DNA of 64,000 nucleotides from assembly GCA_964560525.1 (NCBI GenBank), contig CAZLLO010000003.1, positions 9,585 to 73,584 on the forward strand. Reading direction: 5' to 3'. The number at the start of each line of letters is the position of its first letter. Within the stretch, counting starts at the first letter, position 1. This document shows positions 41,275 through 49,831 of this stretch, piece by piece. Below the pieces are notes generated by a model. That model had not been told where the DNA came from, ran no database searches, and saw only the letters and a list, made by a program, of their open reading frames with translations. Position numbers and translations under genes: made by a program. The stretch is from an uncultured Candidatus Saccharibacteria bacterium. Lineage in GTDB: Bacteria > Patescibacteriota > Dojkabacteria > SC72.

Positions 41275-43080
41275 ATGATTTTACAGAAATACAAGAAAAA
41301 ACTCATTACTTTATGGAATGTTCTCAAGTTCATATATGGTAGGTATACTTTTACTGCTGTTACAAGAGATATACTTTTTGTTGTAGCTACAGCATCTGAA
41401 GTATACAGCATCACAATTGTTGGTAAATTCATTGATGAAGTAGCAAAGATACTTTTAGATTGGAATCAGTTTGATCTCTCACAGTTTTTTCAAACACAGG
41501 CTTTCTTACACTTGGTAACAATTTTCGTGCTTTGGTCAATTTTGCAGGCATGTAATCAAGCTAAGCAACATCTTTACACCGTAATATATGAAAAGGTTTG
41601 GGAAGATGCAAGATATATGATGATTGCAAAGGTATCAAAATCCAATCTTCAGGATGTTGAACAAGAGAAATTCCAAGATTTACTTACATATGCACCTGCG
41701 TATTCGATAGACAAAATAATACAAACATATAACAGCTTCTCTGGAATTGTTAGTAGCATTGTCCGTTTGGTAAGTGCAGCCATAATTATATTTGGAATTA
41801 TGAGTTGGTCTGTATTCTTACTCATACTCTTTGTGCTTCCAGAAATAATAATTGTACACATCAGAAGAAAGCAGATTCGTAATTACCAAGATGAGGAGGT
41901 TGGAAGACTCAAATACCTTAACTATCTAACCAATCTTACACTTACGATAGCCAATTTCCCAGAATTAAGAGTCAATGATACATATGCATATACCAAACGA
42001 AAATATGATGAACAGTATGATGAATTCTTAGAAGGATATTTAAAGAAAGATGGGGATATGTACCGAGATAGAACAGTAAGCTCAATCATAGATCAGGGGC
42101 TGAAGTTTGCATATATTGTATATGTTCTCTCCTTTTCAATTGTAAAGAAGTTAAGTTTGGGTACTTTTAAGGCTTTGTATGATTATGTGGATATGGCGTA
42201 TGGCAGTATTTACAGTGTGTTGGATTCCCTTTCATTCATATCAACCTTGCTGGGGTATGATGAAGGTTTCTTTGACCTTATGGATTTCGAAGGATATGGG
42301 GATCATATGCATGGGGAATTAAAGTTAAAGAAAGGAACCCCTATGATTGAGCTTAAAAATCTTAGCTTCTCATATCCAGATGATCCAAAGACAATGGTTT
42401 TGAAGCATGTTGATATTGAAATTAAACCTGGAGAGAAAGTTGCTTTCTTTGGAAGTGATGGCTCGGGGAAGAGTAGTATGGTCAAAATCTTAACTGGCCT
42501 GTATCAAATCCAATCAGGAGAGTATCTAGTTGATGGTTGCTCTGTAAAGGAATTAGGACGCGGAGAACTTAAGAAGAAGATAGCTGTTACTTTCCAAGAT
42601 TTCATCAATTACAACTTTAGTGTTAAGGAGAATGTTGTTATATCTGGAGAAAGGAAGAATATCGACAAGAAATTGTACAATGAGGTTTCAAAAGTAAGCT
42701 TAGTTACAGATTTTCTAAAGAAAGAGAAAATAGAGGATGAACACGTATTAGGCAAAACCTTCCCAGGTGGAAAGGATCTTTCTCCAGGATATTGGCAGAG
42801 GTTGGCAATTGCAAGAATGTTGTACAGGAATAAAAAGATATTTGTTATGGATGAATCTTTTACATTCATAGATTCAGAATCAAAAGAATCCATATTGCAT
42901 AATATTTTCAATTTCCTTGGAACAGAAAAAACATTGATATATATCACAAGAAGTGTAGAAGACTTGGATCTGTTTGATAGAATATATTTCTTTGAAAATG
43001 GTAAGGTTATTGAATCTGGAAACTTTAAGGAATTGATGAAGAAGCGAAAGAAATTCTTTAAGATTGCTAATGAAAAATAG
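41275..43080 (+). CDS. ABC exporter, fused permease + ATPase (atypical motifs)
   Basis: N-terminal TM domain; GSDGSGKSS, VTFQD, LSPGYWQR, VMDES; start placed at ATG 41275. Confidence 0.9.
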   Translation: MILQKYKKKLITLWNVLKFIYGRYTFTAVTRDILFVVATASEVYSITIVGKFIDEVAKILLDWNQFDLSQFFQTQAFLHLVTIFVLWSILQACNQAKQHLYTVIYEKVWEDARYMMIAKVSKSNLQDVEQEKFQDLLTYAPAYSIDKIIQTYNSFSGIVSSIVRLVSAAIIIFGIMSWSVFLLILFVLPEIIIVHIRRKQIRNYQDEEVGRLKYLNYLTNLTLTIANFPELRVNDTYAYTKRKYDEQYDEFLEGYLKKDGDMYRDRTVSSIIDQGLKFAYIVYVLSFSIVKKLSLGTFKALYDYVDMAYGSIYSVLDSLSFISTLLGYDEGFFDLMDFEGYGDHMHGELKLKKGTPMIELKNLSFSYPDDPKTMVLKHVDIEIKPGEKVAFFGSDGSGKSSMVKILTGLYQIQSGEYLVDGCSVKELGRGELKKKIAVTFQDFINYNFSVKENVVISGERKNIDKKLYNEVSKVSLVTDFLKKEKIEDEHVLGKTFPGGKDLSPGYWQRLAIARMLYRNKKIFVMDESFTFIDSESKESILHNIFNFLGTEKTLIYITRSVEDLDLFDRIYFFENGKVIESGNFKELMKKRKKFFKIANEK

Positions 43081-43120
43081 GCATATACAGTGGATAGGTT
43101 AAAAGTGTAAAATATACTCC

Positions 43121-43987
43121 ATGGAACTGTTAGATGGAAAATTGCTTTCGCAAAAAATACTAAATGAAATTTCCCAGGATATTGAGAATATTAAACAGCA
43201 AGGAAAGAAAACTCCTCAGTTAGATATGATTCTTGTAGGGGATAATTTCGGAAGTGTTAAATATGTAGAAATGAAAGAAAAAGTAGCTAAGGAATTGGGT
43301 ATAAAGGGTGTTGTACACCATTTAGATAGTAGTGCGAATACATTAGATATAGTTAACCTCATAGATTCACTGGACAAGGATGACGAAGTAGATGGATACA
43401 TGGTACAGCTTCCTTTGCCAGATCATATAAATACAAATTTAGTACTAGATGCGATAGATCCGAGAAAGGATGTTGATGGACTCTCTCCTCTCAATCTAGG
43501 TAAACTTTTTCAAAAAGATTCTTCTGCCATAATATCTGCAACTCCATTAGGTATAATGAAACTTTTGGAAGAGTACAATATCAAGGTGTTTGGAAAACAT
43601 GTTGTAATTCTCGGAGCAAGTACCATTGTTGGTATTCCATTAGAAGCTATGTTACTTGAAAAGAATGCTACAGTCACAATCTGCAATGTTCATACAGTTG
43701 AAATAGAGGAAATTGCTAAACAGGCAGATATATTAATATCCGCAACGGGAACACCATTACTAGTTAAGAAAAATTTCTTAAAACAAGATTGTATTGTCAT
43801 AGATGTTGGCTCTAGCAAGCACCCTGAAACAGGGAAGATAGTAGGGGATGTTGATTGGGAATCTGTTAAGGGTATTCCCTCATACATAACTCCAGTACCA
43901 GGAGGTGTGGGTCCAATGACAATTGCTTCTTTAATGTTTAATTTAATGAGATGCTATCATAATGATAAAAGATCAAGAAATATATAA
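43121..43987 (+). CDS. folD: Methylenetetrahydrofolate dehydrogenase/cyclohydrolase
   Basis: YVEMK, VQLPLP, KDVDG, VIDVG, ITPVPGGVGPMT. Confidence 0.97.
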   Translation: MELLDGKLLSQKILNEISQDIENIKQQGKKTPQLDMILVGDNFGSVKYVEMKEKVAKELGIKGVVHHLDSSANTLDIVNLIDSLDKDDEVDGYMVQLPLPDHINTNLVLDAIDPRKDVDGLSPLNLGKLFQKDSSAIISATPLGIMKLLEEYNIKVFGKHVVILGASTIVGIPLEAMLLEKNATVTICNVHTVEIEEIAKQADILISATGTPLLVKKNFLKQDCIVIDVGSSKHPETGKIVGDVDWESVKGIPSYITPVPGGVGPMTIASLMFNLMRCYHNDKRSRNI

Positions 43988-45188
43988 CAGTATTCAATCT
44001 GAAGCCAGAAGACAAAAAGAAGGATTAGAATTAATAGCATCTGAAAACTATGTTAGTGAAGATGTGCTTGAAGCCTTAGGCTCAATATTGACTAACAAAT
44101 ATTCTGAAGGTTATCCAGATAAGCGTTACTATTGTGGAAATAAGTATATTGATGAAATTGAGAAGACAGCTATTTTAAGAGCGAAAGAGCTATTTGGTGC
44201 CGAGCATGTTAATGTCCAACCATATTCTGGATCTCCAGCTAATATGGCTGTATATTTTGCATTACTCCAACCAGGAGACAAAACAATGGGAATGTCACTT
44301 GATGCAGGTGGTCATTTAACACATGGATTTAAGGCTTCTTTTTCAGGGAAATATTTTGATTCAATAAACTATGGAGTGGATGATAATGGATATATTGACT
44401 ATGAAGAGGTTAGAAAGTTAGCTTTAGAACACAGGCCTAAACTCATATGGGCGGGATTTTCTGCATATTCTAGAATAATAGATTGGCAAAGATTTAGAGA
44501 TATCGCCGATGAAGTTGGAGCATATCTAGCTGTGGATATCTCGCATGTTGCAGGATTAGTTGTTTCTGGAATATATCCATCTCCTGTAGGTATTGCAGAT
44601 GTTGTTACAACGACAACACATAAAACACTCAGAGGGCCAAGAGGAGCCATAATTATGTGCAAAGAATCACTTGGAGAGCAGATAGACAAAACAGTGTTCC
44701 CAGGGCTTCAGGGAGGGCCACACAACCATGTAACAGCCGCTATGGCGGTTGCATTTAAAGAAGCCTCAACTCCAGAATTCAAGGAATATGCAAAACAAAT
44801 TGTAGCTAATTCAAAAGCCCTTTCAGAAGCATTAGTGAAGCTAGGATATACAATTATTTCTGGAGGAACAGATAATCATCTTTTCTTGGTAGATGTTATG
44901 AAGAGTATTAGTTTAACAGGTAATCAAGCGTCTGATATCTTAGAAAAGGCAAATATTACGGTTAATAAAAACGCAGTACCAAACGATCAAAGAAAACCAT
45001 GGGATCCATCTGGGATCAGAATTGGTACTCCAGCATTAACTACTAGAGGAATGAAGGAAGCAGATATGGAGATTGTTGCTCAATTCATAGATAAAGCATT
45101 AAGAAATCCTAGTGATGATAATTTAGAAGAAATCAAATCAGAAGTTAAAGAGTTTACCAAAGACTTTCCAATACCAGGTATAGATTAA
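43962..45188 (+). CDS. glyA: Serine hydroxymethyltransferase
   Basis: LIASEN, NKYSEGYP, GGHLTHG, TTTTHKTLRGPRG, SGIRIGT. Confidence 0.98.
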   Translation: MIKDQEIYNSIQSEARRQKEGLELIASENYVSEDVLEALGSILTNKYSEGYPDKRYYCGNKYIDEIEKTAILRAKELFGAEHVNVQPYSGSPANMAVYFALLQPGDKTMGMSLDAGGHLTHGFKASFSGKYFDSINYGVDDNGYIDYEEVRKLALEHRPKLIWAGFSAYSRIIDWQRFRDIADEVGAYLAVDISHVAGLVVSGIYPSPVGIADVVTTTTHKTLRGPRGAIIMCKESLGEQIDKTVFPGLQGGPHNHVTAAMAVAFKEASTPEFKEYAKQIVANSKALSEALVKLGYTIISGGTDNHLFLVDVMKSISLTGNQASDILEKANITVNKNAVPNDQRKPWDPSGIRIGTPALTTRGMKEADMEIVAQFIDKALRNPSDDNLEEIKSEVKEFTKDFPIPGID

Positions 45189-45205
45189 ATTTAAATATTC
45201 TAGAT

Positions 45206-45772
45206 ATGATACTCTCAGATAGATCAATTAGGGCGAAACTTAAAACTGGAGAGATAACCATAGAGCCATTTGATGAGAAATTTCTACAGCCAGCTTCATA
45301 TGATCTTCATTTAGATAGCCATTTCTTAATATTTAATAAAAAGAAAGATTTTGTTATTGATGTTAAAAAGCCCATTGATGACCTTATGCAAAGTATAGAA
45401 GTAGATGAAAATGATGGTTATGTGCTTCAACCAGGAGAATTTGTTTTGGCCAATGTAAAAGAGATAACTGGAGTAGATGGAAAACATATAGCAAGATTGG
45501 AGGGCAAAAGCTCATTGGGTAGATTAGGGTTAGCAATTCATGTTACTGCAGGATTTTTAGATCCTGGGAATAATTTGAGGCTTACATTACATATGATAAA
45601 CCTGTCTCCATTACCAATTAAAATATATCCAGGCATGAAGATTGCACAAATCATATTTGAACTGTTAGATCAGGAATGTGATAGAAAGTATGGTTCTGAG
45701 GGACTAGGGAATAAATATGTTGGAACAATGACTGTAAAAGGGAGTGAATACTGGAGAAATTTCGAGAAGTAA
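45206..45772 (+). CDS. dcd: dCTP deaminase family protein (catalytic Glu position is His)
   Basis: MILSD, QPASYDL, LEGKSSLGRLG, AGFLDPG, PGMKIAQ, KY. Confidence 0.85.
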   Translation: MILSDRSIRAKLKTGEITIEPFDEKFLQPASYDLHLDSHFLIFNKKKDFVIDVKKPIDDLMQSIEVDENDGYVLQPGEFVLANVKEITGVDGKHIARLEGKSSLGRLGLAIHVTAGFLDPGNNLRLTLHMINLSPLPIKIYPGMKIAQIIFELLDQECDRKYGSEGLGNKYVGTMTVKGSEYWRNFEK

Positions 45773-45792
45773 GTTTGTAGTATAATAAGCCT

Positions 45793-47073
45793 ATGTCTAA
45801 CAACATTAGGGATCAATTCCCAATACTAAAAACTAAGATAAATGGTAATCCAATTGTATATTTGGATAATGCCGCTACTACCCAGAAACCTCAGTTTGTA
45901 TTAGATTCCATCAATGATTACTACACTAAGTATAATGCAAATATTCATAGAAGTTCTCATGTCTTAGCTAAAGAAGCTACAGAGAGATGGAAGAATGCAC
46001 ACCAAATAGTTGCAGATTTCTTGAATGCTGATAACTACAAAGAGATTGTGTTTACGAGAAATACTACTGAAGGATTGAATCTTCTAGTTAATACATATGG
46101 AAAAGCAAATCTTTCCAAAGGAGATATTGTCATAGTTTCAGAGATGGAACATCACAGTAATATTGTTCCATGGATGATTTTGCAAAAAGAGATTGGTTTT
46201 GAAATTAAATATATTCCTGTAAACGAGAATTTCGATCTAGATTTGAATTGGTTAGAAGAGGAAATTAATAGGGACGGAAATAGAATTAAGATTGTTTCTG
46301 TGGTACATATCTCAAATGTACTTGGAACATTAAATCCTGTTAAAGAAATTGCAGAATTATCTCATAGGGTAGGGGCCTTTATGATTGTTGATGCAGCTCA
46401 AAGTGTTCAGCATGTTAAGGTTGATGTTAAGGATATAGATTGTGATGCATTAGTATTTTCAAGTCATAAGATATATGGACCAACTGGTAATGGAGTTTTG
46501 TATTGTAAGGAAAATATCTTAGAGAAATTACCTCCATATATGGGTGGTGGTGAGATGATATTAAGTGTTTCTAAAGATGGTTTTGAAATGAATGATTTGC
46601 CATGGAGATTTGAGGCAGGTACGCCCGATATTGAAAGCGGGATTGTGTTCGGAGAAACTTTGAAATGGTTTACAAAGACTGTAAATGAAATGGGAGGATT
46701 TGAGAAACTTGTAGAGCATGAAAGAGGTCTAATGAGAGAACTTCTAGATTCTTTCGATGGGGTAGAGTGGTTTAAACCTTTTGGAAAGATAGACTACAAT
46801 AACCGATATGGAGTTTTAACATTTAATATAGAGGGCTTTAGTTTTAAAGGATGTAAGGAAAAACGTCAGGAAAATCAGGAGGGTGATGGTATTGTTGAAT
46901 ATATTAGTAAAAAAGGAGTATGTGTAAGAGAAGGCTTCCATTGTGCAGAACCACTTCATGACAGATTCCATATTGGTCCCACAATGAGGGTAAGTTTTGG
47001 GATATACAACAACATAGAGGATGTCAAAAAATTCTCAAACTATCTCAAAGAAGCACTTCTAAGTTCATATTAG
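45793..47073 (+). CDS. sufS: Group II cysteine desulfurase (SufS/CsdA)
   Basis: YLDNAATTQKP, EHHSNIVPW, VDAAQ, SSHKIYGP, FEAGTP, REGFHCA. Confidence 0.92.
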   Translation: MSNNIRDQFPILKTKINGNPIVYLDNAATTQKPQFVLDSINDYYTKYNANIHRSSHVLAKEATERWKNAHQIVADFLNADNYKEIVFTRNTTEGLNLLVNTYGKANLSKGDIVIVSEMEHHSNIVPWMILQKEIGFEIKYIPVNENFDLDLNWLEEEINRDGNRIKIVSVVHISNVLGTLNPVKEIAELSHRVGAFMIVDAAQSVQHVKVDVKDIDCDALVFSSHKIYGPTGNGVLYCKENILEKLPPYMGGGEMILSVSKDGFEMNDLPWRFEAGTPDIESGIVFGETLKWFTKTVNEMGGFEKLVEHERGLMRELLDSFDGVEWFKPFGKIDYNNRYGVLTFNIEGFSFKGCKEKRQENQEGDGIVEYISKKGVCVREGFHCAEPLHDRFHIGPTMRVSFGIYNNIEDVKKFSNYLKEALLSSY

Positions 47074-48278
47074 AATGCTACTGGTGGTACAGAGCTTGGA
47101 GCAGTAGGAGTAGGATTATTTTCAATTGTAGGTGCTGTTGGAGTAGTCATTACACTTGGTGCTGACTCTGGTGCCTGTGAAGCTTGTAAATTTACGAATT
47201 GTTGCAAGTCTGGGAGTGGAGTACTTGGAATCTCTTGAGCAGGTTGGCTATCAAAAGTTGTTGGTAACTCTGTAACATTAGTAGGTGCTATGAAAGATTG
47301 CTCAGGTACCTGTACTGGCGTTGGTGATTGTACTGTAGGATCTTGCTCTGTTGGCACTGTTGTAGATTCACTATGTGATTCTTGTTGCATTATTGCCTGT
47401 AGATCAGATGATTGATTTTGTTCTGGTACTTTAACTTCTGTAGGAACAAATGTTGGTTGCTCTTGCATGAAAGGTGTTTCCTCTGTTGTTGGAGCAGTAT
47501 TACCTATTACATCTTGAATAGGAGTATTTGCGGGTGCTGGAGAATAGAGATTATTAGAAAGATTCTCCATATTTACAGGAGTAGTTTGAGGTATTTCACT
47601 CTCAGGTTGCACAGGAGTTACCTCTGGTTTAACCTCAGGAATACTTTCTACAGGTGTTTCTTTATCGCTATTTTTCTTCTTACTGAGAAGAATGCCAACA
47701 ATACTGATTAATAATATAACAGCACCACCTATTAGAACGTATGGCAAGTAATCCATAATCTTGTCTTTAAATGTTTCAGTAGTAGTTGTTGTTGTAGTTT
47801 TTGTTGTGGTTGTATTCTCTGTCTTTTGTTGTGTGGCTGTAACTGTATCTGTGTTATCTACATTAGTTACTGTTCCAACGGTTAAATCTCCTAAATCCAA
47901 TGTGGAATTCTCAAGTATTGTAAATTTGTATGCAGTTCCAGTACTTGTGAATGTTATATTTGCAATATTTCCTGTTACAGCCGTAGCTGTTTCCATTGTA
48001 CAGGTAACAGTTACGACATTATTTTGATTAGTAGAAGAAAACGTCCCACAGGAAGTGGATGTTCCTTGTTCTACTTTTGTGATAGTTACATCACTTGAAG
48101 CTTGTATAGCGATAGTGAAACCAGTTAGTGTATCTGTGTTTGATTCAACACCCAAAGCTACCTGTTTAAGAGTTGTGGTAGAAGTATCCTTTACTGCAAG
48201 ATCTACAGCTGCGAATATTTTTGTTGGAAGAAGTATGAGTAAAAATACAGGTAGAACCAAAAGAAGCAGTTTTTTCAT
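47070..48278 (-). CDS. Single-pass surface protein: signal peptide, cohesin-like beta domain, Thr linker, TM, Pro/Gln/Thr-rich tail
   Basis: Composition and hydrophobicity pattern of the translation. Confidence 0.75.
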   Translation of the reverse strand: MKKLLLLVLPVFLLILLPTKIFAAVDLAVKDTSTTTLKQVALGVESNTDTLTGFTIAIQASSDVTITKVEQGTSTSCGTFSSTNQNNVVTVTCTMETATAVTGNIANITFTSTGTAYKFTILENSTLDLGDLTVGTVTNVDNTDTVTATQQKTENTTTTKTTTTTTTETFKDKIMDYLPYVLIGGAVILLISIVGILLSKKKNSDKETPVESIPEVKPEVTPVQPESEIPQTTPVNMENLSNNLYSPAPANTPIQDVIGNTAPTTEETPFMQEQPTFVPTEVKVPEQNQSSDLQAIMQQESHSESTTVPTEQDPTVQSPTPVQVPEQSFIAPTNVTELPTTFDSQPAQEIPSTPLPDLQQFVNLQASQAPESAPSVMTTPTAPTIENNPTPTAPSSVPPVAF

Positions 48279-48401
48279 CAAAATGGCAGTTTAATTTTAT
48301 ACTTATTAAGGCTATCATGGCAAAAGAAGAAAGTCAAAAAGAATTATTTGACTTAATGGCTTTGTACAGATACACTTTTAATGAATATATTACTGCCTAA
48401 T

Positions 48402-49592
48402 ATGGATTACACAAATACAGGTTTACTACAAAATAATAATGGAGTAGGGGAGAATTCTCTTTCAGAGGTGATGGCTTTGAGAAACAAACTGATGGAGTCT
48501 AGGGTTCCAATTGATTTAAAAAACAGTGCTTTAAAAGGTGTAGAGAGAGTAGAGCGAGCTGCAAAAAATGGAACATATAGCTCAGAATTTGAAAATGTTA
48601 GTAAATATATCGAATGGATAACATCTATTCCGTGGGGAATAATTTCTCAAGATAATCTTGATATTAAGCATGCCAAAGAGTTAATGGATTCCACACACTA
48701 TGGTATGGATTCTATTAAAAATATGATCCTGGACTATCTAGCTTCGATGCAATTAGAGATGAGGCAGAATTTACCCACATATGGGAATATGCCTTCTCAA
48801 ATACAAGGTAATTTAGCTGAAAGAATGCCTGTGAATGCTCCTGTGGTTAAGAATGCAAGTTCGAAAGCGCCAGTATTTCTTTTTGTTGGTTTACAGGGTG
48901 TTGGAAAAACCACTATTGCTAAATCTATCGCTGACTCTATGGGTAGGAAATTCGCCAGAATTTCCTTAGGTGCAATAGGAGATGTGCGTACTTTAAGAGG
49001 TACTCCTAGGCATTCTATAGATGCTGAACCAGGTCAAGTTATCAAAGCTTTGGTTCGAGGTGGAACAATGAATCCAGTTATTCTATTAGATGAGATTGAG
49101 AAAGCCAGTGGTAATGCGGGATTATTAAATGATGTAATGGCTGCATTATTAGAGATTCTGGATCCTGAGCAAAATACAACTTTTATAGATCACTATGTGG
49201 ATTATCCTGTGGATCTATCAAAGGTTTTCTTTATATGTACTGCTAACAATTTGGGTGGTCTATCTGCTGCTTTGCTAGATCGTGTTGAGGTTATTCGTTT
49301 TACCAGTTATTCTGACGAGGAGAAGTTCGTTATAGCTAGGAAGTATATATTACCCAAGGTTCTTAAGGATTTGAATATATCTGAAGAATACATTCGCATA
49401 GATGATAGTGTATGGCCATTAATTATCCGTCCAGTAGGATTTGATGCGGGCATTAGGCAGTTAGAGAGAAATATCGCTTCCATAATTAGAACAGGTGCAC
49501 GTAAGATAGTTGAGGGGGCTCAACTTCCAATAGTGATCTCTACTGAGAATATAAACCAATATTTACCTCAGGATCAGGGACCTCTGAGTTAA
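48402..49592 (+). CDS. Lon-type AAA+ ATPase lacking the N-terminal and protease domains
   Basis: YIEWITSIPW, HYGMDSIK, GLQGVGKTT, NPVILLDEIEK, ALLEILDPEQN, DLSKVFFICTAN, AGIRQLER; stops before the protease domain. Confidence 0.85.
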   Translation: MDYTNTGLLQNNNGVGENSLSEVMALRNKLMESRVPIDLKNSALKGVERVERAAKNGTYSSEFENVSKYIEWITSIPWGIISQDNLDIKHAKELMDSTHYGMDSIKNMILDYLASMQLEMRQNLPTYGNMPSQIQGNLAERMPVNAPVVKNASSKAPVFLFVGLQGVGKTTIAKSIADSMGRKFARISLGAIGDVRTLRGTPRHSIDAEPGQVIKALVRGGTMNPVILLDEIEKASGNAGLLNDVMAALLEILDPEQNTTFIDHYVDYPVDLSKVFFICTANNLGGLSAALLDRVEVIRFTSYSDEEKFVIARKYILPKVLKDLNISEEYIRIDDSVWPLIIRPVGFDAGIRQLERNIASIIRTGARKIVEGAQLPIVISTENINQYLPQDQGPLS

Positions 49593-49831
49593 TACCCTTT
49601 AAAAGGATTTGCAAGTCGAAGTGCGGACATTGCCCTAGAGATTTGAGGATCTTTTTTCCCTTTTGATATATCTGCACGATATGAAATTTTTTTCTCTGCC
49701 TTAGTAATTTCGTCAAGGTCTGAAAGCACTTTAGTTTGCGGTATTTCGGAGGTGGTAACGGCTTGTGTTACTAGGTAGTTCTGTTCGTTAAGTAGATTTA
49801 AATTTTGTTGGTTATTGTTTTGTTCCATCAT
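49589..49831 (-). CDS. Small hypothetical protein coupled to the VirB4-like gene
   Basis: ATG at 49831 overlaps the VirB4-like 3' end. Confidence 0.55.
   Translation of the reverse strand: MMEQNNNQQNLNLLNEQNYLVTQAVTTSEIPQTKVLSDLDEITKAEKKISYRADISKGKKDPQISRAMSALRLANPFKGY

Noticed and set aside
47776-47850. GTT/GTA-rich repeat tract
   Set aside because: Encodes the poly-Thr linker of the minus-strand surface protein; not a CRISPR array or independent repeat
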